From Octopus sinensis (lineage: Eukaryota): DNA of 64,000 bases. The position numbers were made by a program, and so were the translations under genes. The stretch's first letter is position 1. Every line of letters begins with the position of its first letter. This document shows, piece by piece, positions 38,041 through 51,436 of the stretch. The stretch spans positions 84,258,001 to 84,322,000 of the forward strand of contig NC_042997.1 in the NCBI RefSeq assembly GCF_006345805.1, read 5' to 3'. The notes under the pieces are model-generated. The model saw only the letters and a list, made by a program, of their open reading frames with translations, ran no database searches and was not told the origin of the DNA.

Positions 38041-38819
38041 GTATTCTCGCATTTAGCAACATTCCTTTATATTCTGAGATAAAAATCTATGAGATCAGCT
38101 TTGTCTTCAATTAATATGCTACTCTCATCCTATATAAACTGAGAAGCAGTTTAAATATTGAGTTCGAGATAATCAACTAGACCCACTCGCTACCAAACAT
38201 ATGTGACTGTGCTTATGTTACAAATTATAGAAATAGTAGACGCAGTGTCACCACCACCAATCCACCACCACCACCACCACCACCACCACCACCACCACCA
38301 CCACCACCACTACAACCATTGCCGCCGGCGTCATCGTAGCCGTCGTCATTGTCGACATCGTCACTGACACCATCATCCTAATACCGCAGCAATAGGAACG
38401 GTGATAGAATTGCATTTGGTAATAATGTTAGTGATTGCTTTTGTTGATGATGTGAAGAAGAAGGAGGAGGAGGAGAAGGAGAAAGGAAGAATAAGAAAGA
38501 AGAGGAAGAGAAGAAGAAGAACAACAACAAGAAGAAACAGTAGTAGCATCGGTGGCGGTGGCATCATCTATGACAAAGACTTGCGCAAGTTTACTCATTA
38601 ATCTTCAGTGATTCTACTGCATCTGTTCAAGTGGACACACATACCGAGGCATACAACAAAACGCGCACATGCATTTATATATATATATATCACTCATCTC
38701 TCTCTTTGTGTGTGTGTCTATACATGTATATATAGACACACGCACATACACACAGATATATTCACACACATTCATACATACACATACGTATACGCGCATA
38801 TTATAATTCTCTCACTTTC

Positions 38820-39015
38820 TCTCTCTTGATACATATATACATACATACATACATACATGCATGCATACATGTATACTGATATGCATGTGTATATATAATA
38901 TATATTATATATGTATGATATATAGATAAACATACATATATACATATATATATGTGTGTGTGTGTATATATACGTGCATGCATACACAACCATATATATA
39001 TATATATATATACAT

Positions 39016-39086
<71 letters not shown>

Positions 39087-39797
39087 TGCATTCATACATA
39101 CATACATACATAAATACATACATACATACATACATACATACATACATACATACTTACATACATACATACATGCTTCGGACCAGTAGCGTGCATAACCATC
39201 TCAACGGCATAGCAGCACCTGATTAAAACCGATCTCCTCTTGACTATAAAACATACAAGACAAGACAATACCTAATACATTGCCAACCTATGCAATCTGC
39301 CTAAAAGTATCCTAGCAACACATATTGACCATATAACTAATATTTCGTATTTCCACCATTGCTTTCTATGTATAGAAATACATGCGTAATATATGTATGT
39401 ATGCATGTATGTATGTATGTATGTATGTATGCATGTATGTATGTATGTATGTATGTATGTATGTATGTATGTATGTGTGTGTATGTACGTATTTGGTTAT
39501 GTATGTATGGGTGTATACACATAAATGTATATATAATATAATATAATATAATATATATATATACATATTTATGCACATATTCATATGTGTATAGACATAA
39601 AGTAATACACAGACAGACACACGAATATGTATATACGTAGCATATAAGCATTTTTGTATACATATATTTATAGGTATGTGTATATTATAGATATACATGC
39701 ATGTATACACATGCATACAGACATATATATATATATATATATATATATAAACATTCATGTATACGCATATATGTATAAACATACATACATGCATGCA

Positions 39798-39840
<43 letters not shown>

Positions 39841-39900
39841 ATGTGTGAGTGTATGCATACACATATATGTGTGTACATATTTTTGTATGAATGTGTGTAT
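38820..39900. repeat. Compound TA/TACA/TG microsatellite fields
   Basis: Directly visible; source of many spurious ORFs. Confidence 0.9.
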
Positions 39901-40894
39901 TCTAGCTGTCAAATGCAGATCGATCCGACAGAACATTAGCTGTTTTTCGTATAACTAACACTTCCCCGTCACCAGCAGCTATCGTCGCAAGAATGAAACT
40001 TATATAAACTAGTAGCAAGGCAAATACCAGCATCACCAAACAATATTTCACAACTTGGTGAAGTAAGTTGAATAATTTGTTACTTCACTTGATCACATGA
40101 TAGTCGGGCTGTTTCTGCATTTGCATGAGGGGAAAGAGAATGAAAATATTTACTTACCGGCATAATACTTCTGTATCTGACACACACACACACACACACA
40201 CACACAGGAATATAGAGAAAGTCAGGAGGTATGAGATGAATATATTTATTTCACTGTTAATATCCATAGAATGATGGTCGTTTTGCAACCAACATTATGC
40301 AAAACTAGTTTATTTTAGTGTATAATAAATCATTTTACAAGCTTGCACTAGTGTGTATACTAGAAATTGCTTAGTACTATTGTACATTTTACAAACAAAT
40401 GTAAGTACAGAAGGCTAGCTCATGAGATCAACAGAATATGTTTACGTCCATTTTCTCAACTCCAGAATACAATCATGTAAAATGATTTATTGTACACTAA
40501 AATAAATTATTTTCGCACGATGTTGGCTTTGAAACGACCAACATCCTATAGATATCAACTGGTGAAATGAATATATTCATCTCATATCTTTATATTCTAT
40601 ATACTCTTCCTTAAATAATTTTCACTGATTGGATTTACTGGATTTCAACTACATGGGACACTACGTTACATTCCTACGTATAGGTTTACTATGTGGTTTG
40701 TACCCTAGTCCACTAAAGGTGGTTTCATTTTTTTGTGATTACCACCAGATTATACAAATCGATATATTGCGCATTGAATATATAAACAACACACATATAT
40801 ACACATATATACTAACACATATATGGGCACATATGTAATTCATATGTACATACTGTCTTACAGATATTTTTCTGTCATATGTATATATATATAT

Positions 40895-40992
<98 letters not shown>

Positions 40993-40997
40993 TATAC

Positions 40998-41340
40998 ACA
41001 ACTTCACATGTGCTTCGGAAAATCTAATAATTGTATTAACTTGCTCAGAATGTCGAGAGAAATACATAGGCCAAACCAGAGCAATCTACGTCAAAGGATG
41101 ACTCTACATAGATCCCAGATCAAAATTCAGGAAGAAAGAAAAATAGCATTCAGTGAACACATCGACATTTGCGCCACTAACGAGCAACACAACTTCAGAA
41201 TTTTTCCTCTCTATAAATTCAGGAACGATGCAACCTATAATCAGCGCATTAGCAAAGAGTCATATTTTATCACAAAATATAAACTCCTTTTGAGTGCATC
41301 CACCACAAATGACAGTTCTACAAGGGCCTCAGAATAATAC
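40998..41340 (+). mobile_element. Penelope-like element GIY-YIG endonuclease fragment
   Basis: [27 protein letters not shown] / NLRQRMTLHRSQI...FSEHIDIC...RISKESYFITKY (one frameshift). Starts immediately after (TA)n. Confidence 0.85.
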
Positions 41341-41756
41341 CCACGCAAGTATTAAAAACGATACATTTAGAACAGTCACTACCCATTAATTTATTCAAAA
41401 CAATTCCAATCACTACTATTACAACCGCAAGTCACTTTTATGTCACTTGACCATTTAAGAGGATTCCATCAACATCCTACTACTGTCATATCACTCCCGT
41501 ATTTTTCTTATTCTTTCTCTTCTTTTCCTCCTCGTCCCCTTCTTCCTCTGTCTCTTCTTTCTCCCCTTTCTCCTCCTCCTCCTCCTCCTCCTCTTCTTCT
41601 TCTCCCCTTCTTCTCCTCTCCTGCTCCTGCTCCTCCTCCTCCTTCTTCCTCGGCTACTGCTGCTTAAACAATCAAAACCAAGAACTCACATCCCCCATCT
41701 CAAATATTATTTTAGGATTGCTATTACCTACTACCTACTACCAAGCCTTCACAAGA

Positions 41757-41845
<89 letters not shown>

Positions 41846-42089
41846 AAGGTAAAATGTCCTTTGTATTCGAAAACTATGAAAATATTTGAAAAAACATTTC
41901 ATTTCATTTTTCCACAATTTAATTGTTTTTCATGCTATGCTCTAAGTTGAAAAAGTCGCAAAGACTGAAACCGACACTAAAATGTTCGTCGTGTTAAAAT
42001 TATTTTAGCATTTTCTACCTTGTCTTATTTTCCAAATACATATCAACTCGTGTATTCCTTTTCAACCTTCTACACCCCCCACACATAAA

Positions 42090-42240
42090 TGTATATTTTT
42101 TATTCTCTGTTTATTTCATCATGTTCCTTTCTATTGAAGAGCGTAGGCTCGAAACGTGAAATACTTTCTCACCTTCCCGAGCGTCAAACTAATTCACCTT
42201 GTTGTTTATACACCTGTCTCCGTCTTTTGTATCTAATTGT
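42090..42240 (+). mobile_element. Penelope-associated repeat with a degenerate hammerhead-like motif (42127-42160)
   Basis: CTTT-CTATTGA-A-GAGC(GTAG)GCTC-GAAACGTGAAA; homologous to 7915-8117. Confidence 0.55.
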
Positions 42241-42524
42241 ATGTATATGCCCATATACTTGGATGTGCGTGTGTGAGCGCATATGTATATGTGCGTGTAT
42301 ATATATATGTATCTGTGTATGTATATATGCGTCTAAGCACGGACACAAAAAACGAAAACTTTTATTAAACGAAACATTTTAAAAGTGTAATGGGTGCTTT
42401 TTATGCGGCACAAGCAAAGAGATATCAACAACTTGCTAAAGAATCCCCCTCAAATGAACTGGAAATGACAGATAGATTGAAATAGGCGTCTTGCAGTAAA
42501 GGTGATACATGGCAACTCCAACTG

Positions 42525-42599
<75 letters not shown>

Positions 42600-42649
42600 A
42601 AGAGAAAATGGAGAGAGAGAACAAGAAAGAAGGAAAGAGAGGGGTAATA

Positions 42650-42875
42650 ATCCTTTCTGCTAAAGGCACGTGGCCTGAAATTTTGGGGGAGGGGACTAGT
42701 CGATTATATCGACTCCAGTGTTTAACTGGTACTTAATTTATCGACCCTGACAAGATGAAAAGCAAAGTCTACCTAGGCGGCGTTTGGATTCAGAACGTAA
42801 GGACGGATGAAATGCTGTTAAGCATTTCGCTCGGCGTGCTAACGATCCTGCCTGCTCGCCGCCTTAAAGCGAGGC

Positions 42876-42910
<35 letters not shown>

Positions 42911-43115
42911 GATAATAATAATCCTTCCAATTTAAGGCACAAGGCCTTAAATTTGGTGGGAGTTTGAACTCAGAACGTAACGACGAGCGAAATACCGCTA
43001 ATCATTTCGTCCAGCGTACTAACGATTCTGCCAGCATACATACATAATAATAATAATAATGATAATAATAATAATAATATTAGTGAAGTGAAAGCACGTT
43101 ATAAAAATAAAACTA

Positions 43116-43172
<57 letters not shown>

Positions 43173-43372
43173 CCTATCTACTAAAAGCACAAAGGCTGAA
43201 ATTTTGGGGTAAGGCACTAGTCGATTACATCGACCCCAGTGTTTCATTTATCGACCCTGAAAGGATAAAAGGCAAAGTCGACCTCGGCAGAATTTGAACT
43301 CAAAATGTAAAGACGGACGAAATGCCGCGAAACATTTTGCCCGGCGTGTTAACGACTGCGCCAGCTCGCCGC
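42650..43372 (-). mobile_element. Three tandem SINE family 2 copies separated by their (AAT)n tails
   Basis: Family-2 motifs at ~42650-42865, ~42920-43035 and ~43170-43372. Confidence 0.85.
43081..43118 (+). mobile_element. 38-bp extreme 3' stub of a Dong-like LINE inside an (AAT)n array
   Basis: TAGTGAAGTGAAAGCACGTTATAAAAATAAAACTACTG equals 52962-52999 with one mismatch. Confidence 0.85.
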
Positions 43373-44670
43373 AGGTAGAGAACGTAGCAGACTGGATCAA
43401 GCTGAATACTCAACTTTTCATCTGACGTAAACGGTAGAGTCGATTTTGGTAAGATTTGAAATTAGATGATAATAACCTATAAACTTCTTGAAGAAGAATT
43501 ACAAGACAACAACGATTAAACTTTGTGAATTCTGCTGAAATACTCCTTCGTCAATCTCTTTAAATTTTCATCATTATAAGCGGAAATGCTGGATTACGAT
43601 TCACAATGGTCATTGGAGACAAAGAATACACACACACTCACACACTCATATAGATTGATAGATACATGTGTGTATATAAATATATATATGTATGTGTACA
43701 TGTATTTATGTATACATATATATGTATGCAAACATGTATGTATGTGTATATATATATATGTGTGTGTGTGTGTATGTATGTGCGTGTGTGTGATGTGTGT
43801 GTGTGTGTGTATATGTATGTATGTATGCACGTCATTTATATCAGAGTCTATTGTCTAGCTTATCCTCTTCGCTCATTCCAATTACAAATATTTATTCTGA
43901 CCGAATTCCATTCTCATGTCCTCCGAAGTATACGTTTAATTGTCTTTCATCGAAATGAATTTTATTGAAGCAAAGCTTTAGGCTGTTCAGCTAAACGCCA
44001 TAACAAAGTCAAGTGTGCAGCTCTAATTGTTGGCTTGGAAATTTATTATTCCCCTTTCTGTAGATCTTCATTCAAGGGAAGGGTAGGTTTGTTTGGCGCT
44101 GTATCCTCCCAATTTTAATCGACCACAGCCTTCCCAGTTTGTTGTTGAATGGTAACAGCCGTACAATATGACAACACATTGAACATCCATAAATTAAGTG
44201 CTTCCACATGTGATAAGTTTTCTTCAGCTGCATAATTTATCACTGAGACTACATAGGTTCGTTTCTTTACTGACTCTAGTAAATACGATGTATGTTTTGC
44301 AGACTGGGTTTTAAGGTGTTTGTATTTATTGTAGTTTATCAGTGAGTAAACCTCTTATCAACAGGTTCATTCTTTACCATATCGGTTTTATGTTTTCCGG
44401 ATAAAAGACGATAGGGTACGATTTCAGGAAAATATGGTTTACTATTTGTAGCCGGTTGAAGAAATACATAGAGGCAGCGTCTTTCATTCGTTCCGGCAAA
44501 GGCATTAATTCTTCTCTCTAGTATCCATTAAGTTGTAAACAGAAGACACCCGAGACTTTGGAACCCCCCCCCCCCACACACACACATGTATGTATGTATG
44601 TATGTCATTATTCAGTCTATTTCATACATACATACATACATACATACATACATACATACATACATACATG

Positions 44671-44760
<90 letters not shown>

Positions 44761-45295
44761 AAGGGAGACGTCTAGTGGCGGAGGAGAGTGCATGCCTATA
44801 AGGGATATTTTATCCGAACGAATACCGCAGTAAGTTTGCTTGTCACAATGCATTTAGATTAAGTGTGAAACATATATGACTATCTTGATCTAAAATTGCT
44901 TTTGTTGCATACAACGGATTTTTATTCAGCCGAGCAGCTAGTCGCAACATCGGTGATTGGTTATTCAATGTTTTCCTAGACATTGCTGGTAAAAAAAATT
45001 GTCTATGTATTCTGGTTTGAGTATACACTAAGCTACTCCGTATAGGAATATGTCTTGCAGAAGGATTCGATTGTAGTATACTCACTACCTTAGATGCGCA
45101 AGACTTTCAAGTACTGACCTACGACATCTAAGAGAAATCAATAATTCATTATATTGTGATGGAGAGTCTTCAATGTAAATCCAAATAACTTGGTAAATTC
45201 CAAATATCTTATGCCGTTTTCATTCGTAGGTGCTTCGATCTCATAATGTATTTTATTAGTATTGGTTGATACACACACAAACGCACACACGCACG

Positions 45296-45333
<38 letters not shown>

Positions 45334-45351
45334 ACACACACACACACACAC

Positions 45352-45406
<55 letters not shown>

Positions 45407-45559
45407 CGTGTATGTATGTATGTATTCCTTACAGGGCGTCGGATTACGACGCTTTTATTAGGATTTAAACAGCATCAAATTGGTAGTCATATAAAGGCAC
45501 AAGTTTGACGGCAAGTTGACGAAATCGTCAAATCGCCAACAAAAAGGCATAACATGATG

Positions 45560-45730
45560 TCTTCCGGCTCTTTAAGTTCTGAATTCAAATGCCACCGAGG
45601 TCAACTTTGCCTTTAATTCTTTCAGGGTCGATAAAATAAGTACCAGTTGAGCACTGGGGTCGATGCAATCGAGTTACCCACTTACCCTTATATTGCTGGT
45701 TACCTCTCATAAAATTTGAAACCACATTTG
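45560..45730 (+). mobile_element. SINE family 2
   Basis: GTTCTGAATTCAAATGCCACCGAGGTCAACTTTGCC...CACTGGGGTCGATGCAATCG. Confidence 0.75.
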
Positions 45731-45735
45731 TAAGT

Positions 45736-45970
45736 ATCTCTTCTGTTTTTAACTACTTAAATTCTTCCTTCGAAGAAGGAGCTGGTCTCTAACAAGGACA
45801 CAAAGTCCCATCGCTGGAATGTAGATAACGAAAACAATGTCACATTTTAAATCTAAGAAAAGTCTTGTACAATTTTACTGTTCCACTTACGGATTGTATT
45901 TGTAATGTAAAAGTCGATTCATTTCTTTTTCTGAAAATCAAAACTTATCCAGATTGACCGTTAGACATTT
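45736..45970 (-). mobile_element. R4-like lineage 2, 3' fragment
   Basis: Reverse complement matches 21180-21415. Degenerate TATG tract at its 5' junction (45971-46010). Confidence 0.8.
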
Positions 45971-46160
45971 ATATGCATATATGTACGCACGTATGTATGT
46001 ATATGCATGTTGGAAGTATGTACGGATGTTGAAGCTATGTATGCATGTGCATGTAAATGCATACATGCACGCATTTCATTACGTATCTGAACCTGGATAA
46101 CGAATATACAAACATATATGTTTGTGTGACCATACTTGGGGAATGTCTTAGATATTTTCA

Positions 46161-46301
46161 CAGGAGTGGCTGTGTGGTAAGTAGCCTGCTTACCAACCAC
46201 ACAGTTCCGGGAAAGTGTCTTCTACTATAGCCTCGGGCCGACCAAACCTTGTGAGTGGATTTGGTAGACGGAAACTGAAAGATGCCTGTCGTATATATAG
46301 T

Positions 46302-46344
<43 letters not shown>

Positions 46345-46567
46345 TGTGTGTGTTTGTGTGTGTGTGTTTGTCCCCCCAACATCGCTTGACAACCGATGCT
46401 GGTATGTTTACGTCCCCGTTACTTAGCGGTTCAGCAAAAGGGACCGATAGAATAAGTACTAGGCTTACAAAGAATAAAACCTGGGGTCGATTTGCTCGAC
46501 TAAAAGGCAGTGCTCCAGCATGGCCGCAGTCAAATGACTGAAACAAGTAAAACAGAGTAAAAGAGAG
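46161..46567 (+). mobile_element. SINE family 1, near full length, B-box region deleted
   Basis: CAGGAGTGGCTGTGTGGTAAGTAGCCTGCTTACC..., internal TG tract, tail AAACAAGTAAAACAGAGTAAAAGAG. Confidence 0.85.
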
Positions 46568-46678
46568 TTCCATTAATGTCTTGTAATTATAATTTTCTAA
46601 TTTGTGGTACATTTTCTGGTTTTGTGACACTCAGCTATACAAAGGTGATACTTGAACAACTAATTAGAACGTATGAGC

Positions 46679-46679
<1 letters not shown>

Positions 46680-46709
<30 letters not shown>

Positions 46710-46955
46710 TGTATGTATGTATGTATGTATGTATGTATGTATGTATGTATGTATGTATGTATGTATGTATATATATACGTACGTACGTACGTATGTAGAT
46801 AGGCTAATATGCCTATGTGTATGTGTTAGTGTATGTGATTGTGTGTGTGTGTATGTAAGCATGCATGCATGCATGTATGTAAGTATGATGCATGTCTATG
46901 TATGTGTTTTTATGCTTGCAAGTATGTATGTATGCAAGCAAGAATGTCTATACGC

Positions 46956-46989
<34 letters not shown>

Positions 46990-47050
46990 TTATACATATG
47001 TATATGTATATGTAAATGTATATGTAAATGTATATGTCTGTGCATATCTA

Positions 47051-47102
<52 letters not shown>

Positions 47103-47125
47103 CTATCTATCTATCTATCTATCTA

Positions 47126-47165
<40 letters not shown>

Positions 47166-47170
47166 ACTCT
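46680..47170. repeat. (TATG)n, (TG)n, (CTAT)n and (CT)n microsatellites
   Basis: Directly visible. Confidence 0.9.
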
Positions 47171-50100
47171 CTCTCTCTCTTTCTCTCTATCTATCTATAT
47201 ACATATACATATATACAAATATATCCGTGCAAATATATGTATAACTACACATACTCACGCGTTTATATGTTTGTATGTGCATGTGTATGTATTCGTTATA
47301 TAACTATAGCCACCACCAGCACGACTCCCAGCCCCAGCATCAACACCGCCACCTCCACCTCCAACAACAACAACAACAACAACAACAACAGCAACAACAT
47401 CAAACTACAACTTCAATTTGTACTAGGCATACTGTAAATTAGTAATCTCTGAACGTCATGCGAAAGACCATAATTCATACGAAACTGCGGCGTTAGAATT
47501 TATTTCATTTATTTAGTTACTTTAATATCCGTCGTAAGTTGTTGTCTTGGTCTTGGCATTTTTATTAAGTTTTTAGATATCTCTTGGTAACCAAGTTCAA
47601 TAATTGCTTGGTTATTAATTATCAAAATATGTTTGTTATGTCTTTCCCTCTACTTAAAGAAAGTTTGGCTAATAAATCTACAACTATTATCGCGTTGTTC
47701 AATTCTGTACTCCTTCTCCTCTCTTCCCAACAAACCAAACGACCAAACGACCAATCACCACGGTTGGGAGACGGCAATAAATATCTCGCAAGTGTCAAAC
47801 ATAAAATGCCCGGGTATTTGTAGTGTGTGTGTGTGTGTAAGTGTGTTTGTATCTGTGAGTGTTTGTATAAGTGTGTGTGAGCTGTATGTTTGTGTAAGTG
47901 TGTGTGTGTTTGTGTATGTGTAAGTGTGTTTGTATCTGTGAGTGTTTGTATAAGTGTGTGTGAGCTGTATGTTTGTGTAAGTGTGTGTGTGTGTGTGTGC
48001 TTATGTCTCACTCTCTTCCAGCTTCATACCCATCCCGCCATTCTTTATTCTTTATTCTGCATGTCTGTTCAGTGAATATGTGTGTATTTATGTATAAGTG
48101 TTTATATGATGTGTGCATGTGTGCGAATATCTGTCTGTATATGCACGTGTATGTACATATATGTATATGTATGTATGTATGTATATATGTAATACATATA
48201 ATAATCCATGTATGTATGAGTTAGAGAGCGTGTATGTGTGTACGTCTGTATGCGTATACGTGGTGTGTGTGTGTGTGTGTGTGTGTGGGTCTAAGTACGC
48301 TTTGTATTTTCGTTTGTTTAGATTAATAATACAGGCACACCGACGTGTGTGCAATTATATATGTGCGATTACATAGATAAACACACACACGTTCATGCAA
48401 ATGCATACATAAACACACTGATATTGATCATCAGACACATTCATACACAAGTATCTGCATATACATAAATATATGTAAATATTAGAGACCTACCATCAGA
48501 GATTCCAAAGCTCAGTGATCGTAGCACAGTGGTGACTTTGGTGTTGTGTTTTTCTTTAATGTAGAGAGAGCTGGTGTACTTCGAAACCGTTTACTTATTA
48601 ACTCGTGATTATTGTGTCACTGTAATGCTGAAGGAATCCGGTGATAATGGCCCTCATTGAGAGGCATTTTAAACATCCCTGCTCACAGAAAATGTGTTTG
48701 TCTTGCGTGAATTAAGTGTATTAGATGTTACATATGTCTTAATACTTGTTTCTATGTTCAGTTATAATAATAAAAAAAAAACGATTTTACATTAATCTAA
48801 TTGATTACTATATACTTTTGTAGAGAGCAAATTTATCATTCTTATACAAGAGTGTTGTTGACAGTGACTTTGAAGTTTGGGCTAGCTAAGCCACCGTCGG
48901 ACATATTTGTATGTATGTATGTATGTATGTATGTATGTATGTATGTATGTATGTATGTATGTGATAGAAAATATACTTACAGACTATGTGGAAGAAGGCA
49001 GAGCCTGAGTGTCATGGCGAAAACAGGTTGTAATCCCCAACCATAGCATGTGCAGTTCATTCATCACTGCTGTTATACTTTATTCAATGAGATCATGGTT
49101 TTTTTTGTTAATGTTCGTGGGGAGCAAAAGAAAAGTAACCCTGATGCGTGTGAATAGTTACGTCCCATTACTTCGTCGCAAAGCTAGCCTATACAAATTC
49201 ACACATATATGCATATGCACGCATATACATATACGCATACAAATGTAAAGTTCGTAATATACTTACAATTTCATATTGCCAACATATACGTACACAGACA
49301 CGCATAAAGAAATACAAATACAGCGATATATATATATATCCAGACATATACTGATAACTAGCTTAATATACGTTTACAACTCTATTACATACGCATGCAC
49401 CACAACACACACACGGACATACACACACACACAAACACATATATATATACACATACATACATATGCACACGCATGCACTGAAGCTGACTGTCACACCTAC
49501 ACTCACACATAAATATAATGCATAGCTTGACAAGCCGTACGGGAGAGAAAAACATACAAACATGAGATGAAACGTCTTCCTCTGATGAATGGATATCTAG
49601 TCATACGTATATATATATATATATATATATACATATGTGTGTGTGTGTGTGGTGTGTGTGTGTGTGCGTGCGTGTATGTGTACTTTACACCCTCCCACTC
49701 TCAGTGTTATAAATAACAAAATATTTAAATAGAAATACATCCATATACGCACACACATACACGCATACATAATACTGATATTCAAACACAGACACATAGT
49801 TAAATATACACATCTTTACATCTACACACGCAATTACCCTTACCTATACGTAATCCACACATACGCATGAACGTATACACATATAGGAATTCATATATAT
49901 CCATTTATACATATACATACAATCATATGTATGTATACGTGTGTATGTGTATACATGTACAAGTACGCATCTCGGGCAACAGCAATAAAACGTTTCAAGT
50001 TCTGTTCCTGTATAATGGCGCCATGCAGTGAATAACTGACATGGCATGGTTTTTGCTTTCCAAGCATAAATGAACTAAAAGTCATTGAAAGAAATCAACC

Positions 50101-51044
50101 GCTAGTAGAGTTCGATCTATGGAGACAATATTCCGCGACATATATGATTTTCCGTTCATTAATTTCCGTCCATAAACGATTCTATTCTTGTCCAGTTTAG
50201 ACAAACTGCTATTTAGAAAAATGACATTTGCATACAATATAGTGTTATCCAAACATTTTATGACATTGTGTCCTTAATGTTTAAGATGGGGGGAAGGGAG
50301 TGGAAATAGAAGCATGTCTTATAGGTATAATACAGTTAAGTAAAGACATGTATATATGTCCGAATTTTTAAGTCACTAAGATCGAATTTGGGTGTCTATT
50401 AAATCGAAATACATGGAAGTCAAACAGATAATCTCAAGAATTGCCTACATATATATAATAACGATAATGATGATGATGATGATGATGATGATGGTGCTGA
50501 TAAAGATGATGATGATGATGATAACGACGACGACGATGATAATGACGACGACGATGATGATGATGATTACGACGGCCGTTTCTTCGTATCTGGAGATCAG
50601 TATAGAAGAGCGATGCGCCTTCAAACCGTTCCTTAAACTGCAGTGAATGTTCTTCCTCCCTGTGCTTACGTAGTAGATTCTTGTAGCGAGAGTCAGTCTG
50701 CACAATCCGATCCCACTCGTCAGACCTGGCAGTCTAACTCAAAGGGCTCATGGAGCTTTGGGCATGACTTTAAACTGCATCTGATAGTGGGGGATTTCGT
50801 TCAGGAGTTCTAGAATTGTGAGAGTGTATGGAACAACGTCTTAGTCACTGTAGTTCCGATGCCTACTCTAAGCCGGAGTTGTAGCGCCCATCACAGAGTC
50901 CCAGTTATTGGTTAATAAGCATTCAGTATAACTGTATTGTTCCCGAAACAATACGCACGACCCGTTCGATAGAAACATCATCTACTTCGTAGCCATTCCA
51001 CCGATTTTTAATTGGAAGCTACTTTGTACTATGTGTTCCGATTT

Positions 51045-51195
51045 TTTAGATTCTGATTTCAAATCCCACCGAGGTCAAATTTGTCTTCCATCCTTTCGGG
51101 GGTCGATAACATTAGTACTAGTCAAATCCTAGGGTCGATGGCAGCAATTAATCCGCTCCTCACAAAATTACAGGCCTTGTGCCAAAATTTTATAT
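51045..51195 (+). mobile_element. SINE family 2
   Basis: TTCTGATTTCAAATCCCACCGAGGTCAAATTTG...GGGTCGAT...CAAAATTACAGGCCTTGTGCC. Confidence 0.7.
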
Positions 51196-51249
51196 GCTTA
51201 ATTTTCTTTTTGGCAGTATCATGCGAGTTTCTACATCAATCCATTGTCC

Positions 51250-51284
<35 letters not shown>

Positions 51285-51298
51285 TGATGATGATGATG

Positions 51299-51350
<52 letters not shown>

Positions 51351-51405
51351 TGATGATGATAATGATGATAATACTACTACTACTACTACTAATAATAATA
51401 ATAAC

Positions 51406-51434
<29 letters not shown>
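51250..51434. repeat. (AAT)n/(GAT)n/(ACT)n array at the 5' junction of the Dong-like LINE
   Basis: Directly visible. Confidence 0.95.
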
Positions 51435-51436
<2 letters not shown>

